From IMG/VR virus record IMGVR_UViG_3300020188_000808, positions 1 through 64,000 of that record: DNA of 64,000 nucleotides; one strand, written 5' to 3'. Below are positions 26,945-36,251 of the stretch, piece after piece. The stretch's first letter is position 1. Each line of letters starts with the position of its first letter. The position numbers were made by a program, and so were the translations under genes. Below the pieces are notes generated by a model. It worked only from the letters and a program-made list of their open reading frames with translations, was not told the origin of the DNA and searched no databases.

Positions 26945-27796
26945 TTATAGTTCAGAAGTCAAGTTCTTTAATGGTAACCCTTGAGCTATTTCATCCAAAG
27001 TCCATTCAGTGTGAGCGTAATCGTTTAGCCATTGTGTTCTATCTGGCATTACGGGCTGTTCAATATCATGTAAGAAATCAATGTCATTGCCTACAGGATA
27101 AGCAAGACTGTGGGTACTAACAAAAGCAGGCACACCCTCGATGATACTATGTATACCCGGGTTGCTCGAATAACTGATAGTAGCCCATACATTATTAAAT
27201 CCCATATCAAAATCATCATAGGTGTCTTTGACATGTTGTGGATCTTGTCTGTATACGTTTTTAAATTCTTTTTCTATATGCGGTAATGGACGTCTTGGGT
27301 GTGGTCGAAATATAATAGGACGGTCTGTGTGTTTACGTACTTCACTAATAGTTTGCATTAGCCAATTACTCATGCTTGGCATACCTTGCCATTGTAAACT
27401 CTTATCATGCTGTCCGCATATTAAAATGTACTCGCCGTCGGTGCGCCAAGGTTTTAGTAATAGCCCAAGAGCATTGCTACGAGCATTATTATTACCACTA
27501 TCCCCAAAATAAGCATCACGATTGATTCCATTGAGACCTACTTTCCACGTTACGCCTCTATTTATTCCACCAACTTCTAATGCTATTACAGGTTTGTTTA
27601 TTGCTTGGAAGTGTTCCCAAACTTTTTGGTTTCCAGCCATTCGACCAAACCAAAGCACACTCCATATAACAGCAACATCGCAATCCCACTCATTAAAACT
27701 AACGGTATGGCCACTATTGTGCAAACTAGTTGCAAAAGAGTCAAACACCGGTTTACTATTAAGTGCGCCATAGTCTGTAAATAAACTAAACTTCAT
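26945..27796 (-). CDS. Putative glycosyltransferase (capsule-synthesis/KpsS-like)
   Basis: QHDKS, FRPHP, SSNPG..IIEGVP. Confidence 0.65.
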   Translation of the reverse strand: MKFSLFTDYGALNSKPVFDSFATSLHNSGHTVSFNEWDCDVAVIWSVLWFGRMAGNQKVWEHFQAINKPVIALEVGGINRGVTWKVGLNGINRDAYFGDSGNNNARSNALGLLLKPWRTDGEYILICGQHDKSLQWQGMPSMSNWLMQTISEVRKHTDRPIIFRPHPRRPLPHIEKEFKNVYRQDPQHVKDTYDDFDMGFNNVWATISYSSNPGIHSIIEGVPAFVSTHSLAYPVGNDIDFLHDIEQPVMPDRTQWLNDYAHTEWTLDEIAQGLPLKNLTSEL

Positions 27797-28601
27797 TCCA
27801 ATAAGACTCGCTTCGAGGTTCTAGTAAGTCTTTCTTTCTACTTCGACCTTCTGATTTTCTTACACCTTTTAAGTGATCAAACCATGCTCCAAGTTCGCAG
27901 TTGATTAGTGGATGCCCTTCGCCATTTATAAGATGGCCACTGAAGTCTTTAATATTAGGGTATTGTATTCTAATCTTTTTTAATACTTGATCAAATACAT
28001 AGCTGTCATGCCACTCTTCCATTTTAAAGATTCCATCATCTGCTTCTTCATAAACTCTTTCAAACTCTTTTAAAAATGCATCGCATCCAGGAGTTCTAAG
28101 TGTAAGTCCGTACCAACCACATTCAGGCCATTTTTTGTTTCTACCTAAGTAGTGTAGCCATTGTGATGCAGGTACTAAGTTTCTAAATTGTCCGTAAGTA
28201 ATAGGACTGTGTACAAATGTGTCGCCGTCAATCCAAACTAAGATATCTGTATCAGGATCTTTAGCGGCTTCAAATACTGCGTATGTTTTGTTTGCAAAAC
28301 GTACTGCGTCCCATTTAAATTCTTTGTGATGATCTCTTGGACGTCTAGCAGGCCACGGACATTTGCCGTGTGCTTTTGGATCGTCTTTATGACGTTCTTT
28401 AAATGCATTAAGTTTTGGTAATGCTTGTTTAGCATCAACAACTTGAATATTTGCACCTGGCGGAACAACAGGAATACAATCCTCTGCATACACTCGTAAG
28501 TGTACAGCTGGGTGTACATTTTTAGCCCAACTATCAATAAGACGTTGTCCATATTGTTCTAGTCCTGGTTGGTGAAATGTAGTTATACAGGTTATTCTCA
28601 T
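27786..28601 (-). CDS. Putative nucleotide-diphospho-sugar transferase (GT-A)
   Basis: WDAVRFANK, WIDGD (DxD), HDS, HLKG. Confidence 0.65.
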   Translation of the reverse strand: MRITCITTFHQPGLEQYGQRLIDSWAKNVHPAVHLRVYAEDCIPVVPPGANIQVVDAKQALPKLNAFKERHKDDPKAHGKCPWPARRPRDHHKEFKWDAVRFANKTYAVFEAAKDPDTDILVWIDGDTFVHSPITYGQFRNLVPASQWLHYLGRNKKWPECGWYGLTLRTPGCDAFLKEFERVYEEADDGIFKMEEWHDSYVFDQVLKKIRIQYPNIKDFSGHLINGEGHPLINCELGAWFDHLKGVRKSEGRSRKKDLLEPRSESYWNEV

Positions 28602-29527
28602 TTTACGTATTTCCTCATCCATTCCCATGCTTCGCCGCTACGTAAGTCTGCAAAACTCCAATGGCATTGTGCAATTTTTCTAACCCACTGTTCTCTATCA
28701 AAAGGTCTTAATTTTTGTAATGCATCTATTCTTTGAAAGCATACTTCTTGTACTTGACTTGCTTGCCAATCTTCACATATAACTGGAACACCCTCTATGA
28801 TACTAGCTACGCCTGGACTACTATTGTACACAATAGAACAATGTGCAGTTGCTAAGTCTTGTGTGATGTCTTTTGCAAAACTAATTCTAATATTATTACC
28901 TACAATATTTTTTACATACTCAGGTGCTTTTTTATCTCCAGGGTGTGGTCTGATAACAATAGGCTTATTAGTATACTGTCTAATTTCTGCAATTTTAGTA
29001 TTAGCCCATGTTACAACATCTTTACCCTTCATACTCCAGCCGCCATTACGTTGTAAGCACAATAAAATATTTTCTCTATCGTTATAGTTCCAAGGTTTCA
29101 ATTTAACACCTAGGTCACGTTGAATCTTTTCCCATTGCGTGTCACCGTATTCATCGTTGCAATACTCTGCGGTATTAGCAAATACTCCGTCAAAACTATA
29201 TCTTAAATAATGATGAGGTTCGTTTGTTTTTGCTTTAAACAAAAATAAATTAGCATCTGCTGTAATAAATCTTTTGTTAGCTGTGTTACTAGCAATACTT
29301 CTACGTAAATTGATATGCGGTACTGCTTGACTGTTTTCGTGCATCCAACCTTGCATTACTGCTACATCGCATTGCATTACATCAAAGCCGTCATATACTA
29401 ATCCATTGTCACCACTTACTCTAACTCCGGATATAAAATTTTTAATAATATCTATTTTATGATTAGGCTTATTTGCTTTAAGTGATTTCCCTGGAGGAAT
29501 AACTTTAGTGTATCCTATAACTCTCAT
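28598..29527 (-). CDS. Putative glycosyltransferase (capsule-synthesis/KpsS-like)
   Basis: IRPHP, YNSSPG..IIEGVP. Confidence 0.65.
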   Translation of the reverse strand: MRVIGYTKVIPPGKSLKANKPNHKIDIIKNFISGVRVSGDNGLVYDGFDVMQCDVAVMQGWMHENSQAVPHINLRRSIASNTANKRFITADANLFLFKAKTNEPHHYLRYSFDGVFANTAEYCNDEYGDTQWEKIQRDLGVKLKPWNYNDRENILLCLQRNGGWSMKGKDVVTWANTKIAEIRQYTNKPIVIRPHPGDKKAPEYVKNIVGNNIRISFAKDITQDLATAHCSIVYNSSPGVASIIEGVPVICEDWQASQVQEVCFQRIDALQKLRPFDREQWVRKIAQCHWSFADLRSGEAWEWMRKYVK

Positions 29528-30531
29528 TTTACTATGCTCCAGGCATATCCACTTAACATTTCGTCGTATGTAAATTGATTGTTGGCTAGGTATCTACACA
29601 AATAAGTTAACTGTTTCCTTCCTGGATGTTCTGCAAATTCAATTCTTTTTAAACTAGTTTCGCAAATGTCTTGAGCACAATTTGGTCCTAACACTACAGC
29701 AGGTTTGCCGTATATCATTGCTTCAAGTGCGGCAATACTATTATATGTTACTAGACAATGTACGTCATCTGCAAGTGCTTGTTCCATTGTATTAACACTA
29801 ACACGATCTTCTCTACTTGGCTTCTTACGTAGTTGTACTGGTCTTGAAGTGTTCTTTCTAATGGTAGCAATAGTTTGATCAATCCATTGTTCTAGATCTT
29901 GATCAAAGTATTTCATTACCTTTTCACTAGGAGGAACAACTAAAATCTTACGTCCTGGTGTTGCATCTTTAAACGGAATTGCTAATGAATTCCAACGGCC
30001 GCCTCCATACCATTTATCCGATTCTGGTTTCTCTCTATCAGGCATGTGTAAATTTTGTAATGCATTTTTTACAATTCTATGATAAGTTTTTTTACCGTTT
30101 GGATTACGTGTACTTGGGTTGTTGCCTACATACCCTGTATCCATAAAGTAAAAATCTCTACCTCGCTCGATGCACATCTTAATTAGTTTTTGTTTGCCTA
30201 GTCCTCTAACTAATAATGGAGTGTCGTCGTCCCAATCAACATCGTCGGCACGAATATACTTACCGCCACTACCTAATGCCATGCCCATTACAAAAGAATC
30301 AATAAGTCCAAATGACCCTTTGACTTTCTTTTCTACTTTTTTAATTCCACTGTCTACACAAATTAACGGAGGGTTTTTTACTTCTTGGAAAACTTCTGCA
30401 ACGGCTTCAACTGCAAATCTCTGTTCTCCTAATGCAACGCTGTGTAAGATCTTATCGATCATTTCTTTTAAATGCGGTCTAATCACTCGTGTATCCCATT
30501 CGCCTATATTTTGTTCCATGTCATGTTCCAT
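29524..30531 (-). CDS. Putative glycosyltransferase (capsule-synthesis/KpsS-like)
   Basis: DTGY, LRKKP, YNSIAALEAMIYGKP. Confidence 0.6.
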   Translation of the reverse strand: MEHDMEQNIGEWDTRVIRPHLKEMIDKILHSVALGEQRFAVEAVAEVFQEVKNPPLICVDSGIKKVEKKVKGSFGLIDSFVMGMALGSGGKYIRADDVDWDDDTPLLVRGLGKQKLIKMCIERGRDFYFMDTGYVGNNPSTRNPNGKKTYHRIVKNALQNLHMPDREKPESDKWYGGGRWNSLAIPFKDATPGRKILVVPPSEKVMKYFDQDLEQWIDQTIATIRKNTSRPVQLRKKPSREDRVSVNTMEQALADDVHCLVTYNSIAALEAMIYGKPAVVLGPNCAQDICETSLKRIEFAEHPGRKQLTYLCRYLANNQFTYDEMLSGYAWSIVK

Positions 30532-30532
30532 G

Positions 30533-31210
30533 TTATCTGTCCATCATTTGAAATAAATTGTCTTTCCATAATTGAGCAAATTCACAGTTTCTGTAATTTT
30601 CAAACCACGGGCCTCCTTCTGTATAATGAATAAGTTTAGGCTTTTCAATATCATTATACACTCCTACTAGGTAGTTCCAAGTATGATCTAGTTCACCAAT
30701 CTCTTCGTCTTTGAGCCAACTAAATCTATGAAAGTGTGCACCATTAAGTTCTGGCTCATTTACCATGTCTTGTGTTACTATAGCATTACTTGGATGTCCG
30801 CAGTTCCATAGTACCATTGAACTCCAATTCTTACGTGGATAGACTGTTTGTTTTTGTCCGTCCATCTTTGTATCTTCTGTTACTTTATAATCGTGTTGCA
30901 CACACATAACAGCATACTTGTCGTCTGCTTGATCAAATAACTCTTGTATGTCTGTAGTAAGGATCATATCACAATCCATAAACACAGCCCAGCCTTTAAA
31001 GTTTGCAAGTTCTGGTACTAAGAATCGTGTAAATGTAAATTCAGTACTTGCTAGTTTATCAACAGGACGATTATACCACCCTGCACTTCGTAGTTCGCTT
31101 TGTCTTAATGGTTGCACATTTACATTAGAACTATGTTGTTCAATACTGTGCTTACATACTTGATAAGCAATGTCTTCTCTTGGATCGTATCCTACAAATA
31201 CTTTATTCAT
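30533..31210 (-). CDS. Glycosyltransferase (GT-A, GT8-like)
   Basis: STEFTFTRFLVP, FMDCD, YPRKNWSS, HYTEGGPW. Confidence 0.85.
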   Translation of the reverse strand: MNKVFVGYDPREDIAYQVCKHSIEQHSSNVNVQPLRQSELRSAGWYNRPVDKLASTEFTFTRFLVPELANFKGWAVFMDCDMILTTDIQELFDQADDKYAVMCVQHDYKVTEDTKMDGQKQTVYPRKNWSSMVLWNCGHPSNAIVTQDMVNEPELNGAHFHRFSWLKDEEIGELDHTWNYLVGVYNDIEKPKLIHYTEGGPWFENYRNCEFAQLWKDNLFQMMDR

Positions 31211-31881
31211 TGTTTAGTTTTCCTTACGTATACTGCCGACCTATCAATAGTATGTATCTCGAGAGAGTCTCCAAACGCCTCATGAAAGGCTTTTTTACTG
31301 CCGCGCCAACTATGATAGTCGTCCAATACCATATACCCACCTACATTTAAACGTGGCCATAGTGTTAATATTTCTTGTAGTGTGCTTTCATACCAATCAG
31401 TATCCAACCGTAGTAATGCAATACTTTTGGGTATATTGTTTGGGTCTAATAGTGTTTGTTCACAAGGACCTTTAATAAAATTGCATTGATGTGGAGGAAT
31501 ATATTTAAATACGTTTTCACTAACTTCTCCAATTTCTGCTCTACACCACTGATCAAATCCGTTCTTTGCTTTTCGGCTAAATCTTGCATGTGACACAGCG
31601 TTTAGTTCATTTACTTTATGATCATGTACAGTTGGCTCAGTCATACCTTCAAATGTATCAAACAGCCAAAAGTTTCTTTTTGTTTTATCATTAGCTAACC
31701 AAGCACTAATAATTTGTCCGCCTTTCCACACTCCACACTCAACAATATCACCTGGAATATTATTAGCATCAAGGTCTCTTACAGCCCGTATAGTTTGCGT
31801 TATACGTTTTCCGCTTGTCATTGTATACGGAGCAACTTCTTCTACTATACGAAGCTCTTTTTTAGTTGGAATAAACTCCAT
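31207..31881 (-). CDS. TylF/MycF-family sugar O-methyltransferase
   Basis: GDIVECGVWKGG, FDTFEG, LRLDTDWYES, DDY. Confidence 0.9.
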   Translation of the reverse strand: MEFIPTKKELRIVEEVAPYTMTSGKRITQTIRAVRDLDANNIPGDIVECGVWKGGQIISAWLANDKTKRNFWLFDTFEGMTEPTVHDHKVNELNAVSHARFSRKAKNGFDQWCRAEIGEVSENVFKYIPPHQCNFIKGPCEQTLLDPNNIPKSIALLRLDTDWYESTLQEILTLWPRLNVGGYMVLDDYHSWRGSKKAFHEAFGDSLEIHTIDRSAVYVRKTKQ

Positions 31882-32645
31882 TAGCGCCTTTCTATATCTT
31901 CTTCAACACATTGTTCGCCGCATTGTATTTCTAATATATGTGCATTTTCAGTTCCTGGGTTACTTGGTAAATGCCAAACTTCTTTATTAATTTCATATGG
32001 TCTACTCGATGGCGTTAGGTAAGCAATCTCAGTGCGGCCGTCCCATTCAGTTACCATTTTAACTTCGCCTTCTAATATATTCCATTGTTCACTACGTTTA
32101 AAATGTTTTTGATTACTTAGTGCTTTCCCTGGATAAATTACAAGCTCTTTTACTTTGTAACCTTTTTCTGGTTTGTCATCAAGTACACGCCAGTAGCCCC
32201 AGTCACGTTGTGTCTTTTGTGTTTTCCACTCGTCTAGTATCCAACTACTACTGTTAGCTTTGTTTTCGCCGCCAATTCCAAATGCAAATTCTACACTCGG
32301 ATGATCACCGTATGTAGCATACTCAGGAGTTGTAGTGTTTGTTCTATCGCCACCGTTAGCAAATATAATTTTGCCTGTGGTAGTTGACATAGTAAGAAAT
32401 ATTGCACCACATGCACTATCATCGCTGTCATCAAAACTGATAACTTTATCTACAATAGCTAGTTCTTTAATGATAGCAAGACGTTCTTTAAAAGGCATAA
32501 ATGGCCGACCCTTTTTTCGAGTCAGCCATTCATCTGAATTTAATCCAACAATTAGTTTATCACCTAATTGTTTTGCGGCCTTAAAATAGTTAATGTGTCC
32601 TGAATGTAGTGGATCAAAGCCACCTGTTACTAGTACGTGTCTCAT
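31881..32645 (-). CDS. Nucleotidyl(cytidylyl)transferase fused to a cupin
   Basis: GGFDPLHSGH, FANGGDR, NSSS; C-terminal RDWG...SNQKH..RSEQW cupin. Confidence 0.88.
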   Translation of the reverse strand: MRHVLVTGGFDPLHSGHINYFKAAKQLGDKLIVGLNSDEWLTRKKGRPFMPFKERLAIIKELAIVDKVISFDDSDDSACGAIFLTMSTTTGKIIFANGGDRTNTTTPEYATYGDHPSVEFAFGIGGENKANSSSWILDEWKTQKTQRDWGYWRVLDDKPEKGYKVKELVIYPGKALSNQKHFKRSEQWNILEGEVKMVTEWDGRTEIAYLTPSSRPYEINKEVWHLPSNPGTENAHILEIQCGEQCVEEDIERR

Positions 32646-32660
32646 ACTAGTATTTAAACT

Positions 32661-33245
32661 TTAACGATTTAAAGTTTGTATATATTGGTTTACATTTTCA
32701 GGTGTTGACATTTCGTAAGGATCATTATCTGTTCCTTCGTTGTTATAGCCTTCTTCAATAAAACTTTCGCTAACAATCATGTTCTCAACATACATAGCAT
32801 ATCTCCATGATCTATTTGCAAAGCCTTTATCTCTTTTATTACAAAGCATACCAATAGCATGTGTAAAGTCTGCATTACCATCTGCTAGTAATTTAACTTT
32901 AGTACAACCTAATTCTTTTGCCCAAGCATTCATTACAAATGCATCGTTAACGCTTACACAATAAACTTCATCGACACCTTCTGCTTTAAATTGTTCGTAC
33001 ATTTTTTCGTATGCTGGTAGTTGTTCTGAACTACAGGTTGGCGTAAACGCTCCTGGTAATCCAAAGATAACAACTTTTTTATTTCCAAAAAGTTCTTGGC
33101 TAGTTTTCTTAACCCATGCACCACCTAATGCACAGCCGCCATCATCACCAACTTCATCACCTTCTCGTAATACAAAGTTGATATCGCCTGGAAGTGTGTC
33201 CCACTTCTCAATCGCTTTTCTTTCCCCTGGTAATTGATAATTCAT
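32661..33245 (-). CDS. Peroxiredoxin (Prx5-like)
   Basis: LPGAFTPTCS, VNDAFVM, RSWRY. Confidence 0.93.
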   Translation of the reverse strand: MNYQLPGERKAIEKWDTLPGDINFVLREGDEVGDDGGCALGGAWVKKTSQELFGNKKVVIFGLPGAFTPTCSSEQLPAYEKMYEQFKAEGVDEVYCVSVNDAFVMNAWAKELGCTKVKLLADGNADFTHAIGMLCNKRDKGFANRSWRYAMYVENMIVSESFIEEGYNNEGTDNDPYEMSTPENVNQYIQTLNR

Positions 33246-33267
33246 ATTCGTATTTTAGTCCTGTGTG

Positions 33268-33723
33268 TTATATACTAGCATCTTCCATGCCAGCTACTCT
33301 TAGTTTTACAATATTAGTAAGTTGCCATTGTTTTTGGTCTAGGCCCTTACAAACTCCTAGCCATTTGTTACGCATTAGTGCAAACTCATTGATAATCTTT
33401 TCGTAGTCAACAACGTCAGCTTCACCGTCTACATATTTTTCAACGTCTCGACTTGACAATGCTCGCGGGTAACTTTCAAGATATTTCTTAAAGAACGAAC
33501 TACGTAACCTACGCAATTCGATGTTTAGGTATTCTAATATTGCTTCAAGTTCTTGTAGTTGATTAAATCGTTGTTCAACAACACCCGGCATCTCAGCTGA
33601 TGCACGTTCAACATTGCCTTTAATCTTACATTCCTTTCTAGCTTCTACTAATTGATCTTCATAGTAGTTGATAGCATTAGGAATGTTACTAATGTCTCGA
33701 GCTATATCAGAATACCATCCCAT
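33268..33723 (-). CDS. uvsY: Recombination mediator UvsY-like
   Basis: Helical protein with YVDGE motif next to uvsX and gp32. Confidence 0.7.
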   Translation of the reverse strand: MGWYSDIARDISNIPNAINYYEDQLVEARKECKIKGNVERASAEMPGVVEQRFNQLQELEAILEYLNIELRRLRSSFFKKYLESYPRALSSRDVEKYVDGEADVVDYEKIINEFALMRNKWLGVCKGLDQKQWQLTNIVKLRVAGMEDASI

Positions 33724-33956
33724 CAGTAATCGTCCTCGTTATCGTACGAATCTTCGTCAACGTCTTCTTCTAAATAATAACCAATAGCTTTATCTAAGTT
33801 GCTGTCAGATCCTAATGCTTCTCTAAATGCTTCATCACTAGTACCTAGATCAGCACATAAATCAACAAACTTTTCAGCAACAGTTTCAATGTGCTTTTTG
33901 TCTAAATATTCTTTAAACACTTGCCACACTTCTATAATATTTGAACCTGTATCCAA
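33723..33956 (-). CDS. Small acidic hypothetical protein
   Basis: AGGAG RBS, TTG start. Confidence 0.75.
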   Translation of the reverse strand: MDTGSNIIEVWQVFKEYLDKKHIETVAEKFVDLCADLGTSDEAFREALGSDSNLDKAIGYYLEEDVDEDSYDNEDDY

Positions 33957-33985
33957 TGTAATCTCCTTAGTTAATACTGCTATAG

Positions 33986-35083
33986 TTATTCAGTTGGTTG
34001 TGTTTCGACTTCAGTTTTGACTTCAGTTTCGACTACTGATTCTTCAACCATGTCTACTGCTTCTGCAATGTTATTCCAGTCCATCATAATTGTGTCAAGA
34101 GCGTCACCGCCTGCTTCCCACACTTTACGATATTCTTTTACTTCATTACCTTTAGAATCAGTGTACTTTAGTCTATTTCCGTCTTTGACAAGTAATCCTT
34201 TTTTCTCAAACAAGTCAACCAATCCACTGTAAGGATTCATACCTGTTTCATAAGGAATCTTAACTTGTACGCCTTCGAACGGTTTTGCATAACGAGTTTT
34301 CATTACTTTACAACCTGCTCTAATACCACGCACTTCGCTAATTTTATTACCGTCAAGGTCTTCTTTTAGCTTTAGTTTTTTCATTGCAACAACAATACTT
34401 GATGCATAGATAAAACCTTGTCCACCACTGATCTTGTCATCTGGGTCAAACATATCCTGTGATGCATATGTATGATTAGTACAAACTAATCCTACGTTAC
34501 AACTACCAATCATGTTAACAGTATTACGTACAAGTGATGTTAGTGCTTTAGGCTTACGACCCATATCACCTTTCATATCACCTTTGTTAAACTGATCAAC
34601 ATCTGTAGGTGTTAGCAACATACCCAAACTATCAACTACAAACAAAATCTTAGGACGTTCTTCCTCTGGCATTGCTTTGTAGTCAATCATAAACGTACTA
34701 ATAGTTTTAGCAACGTCATCAATCATTGACATGTTAAGTTTTAGTAGTTTGTCTTCTGATGTATCTACATCAAGAGCTTTCAACCAACTTTCATCAAGTG
34801 CGTTCTCTGAGTCAATTAGAACTACAAAGATACCTTGATCTTGTGCCGCCTTTACAATATTACCTGCACAGATATATGATTTACCTGCACCAGATTCTCC
34901 TGCAAAAACAGTTACCTTACCTAGTGGAACACCTTTGTGGAAGTCGCCACTAATAAGATAGTTTAAGGCATAGTTACCTGTACTAATCCAATCCGTAGGG
35001 TCATTAAACCCACTACTCATGCCTGTGATTGATTTAGTTAAGTTTTTACGAAACTTAGAAACGTCAAATGCTTTATTAGCCAT
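33986..35083 (-). CDS. uvsX: RecA-like recombinase UvsX
   Basis: GESGAGKS, IDSENA, VDSLGML, NHTY, SGGQG. Confidence 0.93.
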   Translation of the reverse strand: MANKAFDVSKFRKNLTKSITGMSSGFNDPTDWISTGNYALNYLISGDFHKGVPLGKVTVFAGESGAGKSYICAGNIVKAAQDQGIFVVLIDSENALDESWLKALDVDTSEDKLLKLNMSMIDDVAKTISTFMIDYKAMPEEERPKILFVVDSLGMLLTPTDVDQFNKGDMKGDMGRKPKALTSLVRNTVNMIGSCNVGLVCTNHTYASQDMFDPDDKISGGQGFIYASSIVVAMKKLKLKEDLDGNKISEVRGIRAGCKVMKTRYAKPFEGVQVKIPYETGMNPYSGLVDLFEKKGLLVKDGNRLKYTDSKGNEVKEYRKVWEAGGDALDTIMMDWNNIAEAVDMVEESVVETEVKTEVETQPTE

Positions 35084-35111
35084 TGTATCTCCTTATCAGA
35101 TTGTCTGAATA

Positions 35112-35136
35112 GGGTGTAGCATAAACTACTACACCC
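35112..35136 (-). terminator. Intergenic hairpin after gp32 (weak terminator or stabiliser)
   Basis: GGGTGTAG/CTACACCC 8-bp stem, poor U-tract. Confidence 0.4.
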
Positions 35137-35149
35137 ACTCAGTATTAAA

Positions 35150-36115
35150 CTAGCTTTGGCGGCTTCTGATCATCGCTAGGATGTCTTCTGCTTTGTTGCC
35201 ATCGCCTGCCGCTTCAGTTGCCGTAGGTGCTACTGCATCAGCTACTGGAGCCTCTGCTGGTGCTACTGCTGGTGCCGCCGCTGGAGTTGGTGTAGTTGCT
35301 TTAACTGGATCACCAGTTGCCGCTCTTACGCCTGCTGGTCTAAAGTATTGACCAAATGCTTCCATGTCGTATGCTTCACCATCTACTGATGCTTCAAACA
35401 TTTTCTTGATAACTTCAACTGCTACTGCTTCAGGTTTCTTAGGCAAGTAGTCTGTCATGTTAAACAAGCCGTGGTCTTCGATAGCCTTATACTCAGCTTC
35501 ATCTAACGGACGCTCTCTACGAGCCCAGTTTGATGTTGAGTAATCAGCATATCCACCTTTGGATGTTTTAGCGATTCTAAAGTCTACACCTGCTGTGTAG
35601 TCTGTAGGTAGTTCGTTCATATCTGGATCCATTAATGCTCCCTTAATAATTTGGAAGATTTGTGGACCAATAATGAAACGTCTGATTGGGTTTTCAGGTG
35701 TTGTATCCTCTGAAAGTGGATTATCAGTTACGAAGCCTTGGAATACGTATGAACGCTTTTTCCAATACTTACGACCCATATCCTCTAACTTTGGATCTTT
35801 AAACCAGCCACGTACTTCTGAAAGTACTGGACAAGTTTCCCCATACATTTCCATACATGGTACTTGTACCTGTACTGGACGAGAGTCTGTCTCGCCTTTA
35901 ATTCCAGCAAATGGAAGTTTGATCATCAAACGTTCTTGCCAGAAAAATGTATTATTTTCGTCACCATCAGGTAAGAAACGAACTGTTGCAGTCTGTCCTT
36001 CCTTCAAATTCCAAAATGGGTAAATTGCGTTATCGCCGCCGCTGTTGTTATTAGAACCACCTGTGCGTGACTCTTGTTCTTTAAGTTTAGCTCTGATCTC
36101 TGCTAATGTTGCCAT
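35150..36115 (-). CDS. Single-stranded DNA-binding protein (gp32-like)
   Basis: VRFLP, C...CPV, WKKRSY, G.DF.I, YADYSTS. Confidence 0.88.
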   Translation of the reverse strand: MATLAEIRAKLKEQESRTGGSNNNSGGDNAIYPFWNLKEGQTATVRFLPDGDENNTFFWQERLMIKLPFAGIKGETDSRPVQVQVPCMEMYGETCPVLSEVRGWFKDPKLEDMGRKYWKKRSYVFQGFVTDNPLSEDTTPENPIRRFIIGPQIFQIIKGALMDPDMNELPTDYTAGVDFRIAKTSKGGYADYSTSNWARRERPLDEAEYKAIEDHGLFNMTDYLPKKPEAVAVEVIKKMFEASVDGEAYDMEAFGQYFRPAGVRAATGDPVKATTPTPAAAPAVAPAEAPVADAVAPTATEAAGDGNKAEDILAMIRSRQS

Positions 36116-36251
36116 AGTTATTGCCTCCTATATGTTAAGCCTATGTGCTTTAATGCGGAACATTCCGCTGTGCCTGTTTGTAGTAGCACATGTTATATAC
36201 TACTACAGTTACTTAGTAAAGTCAACCACTAGGTTGCCAAAAAAGTGATTC

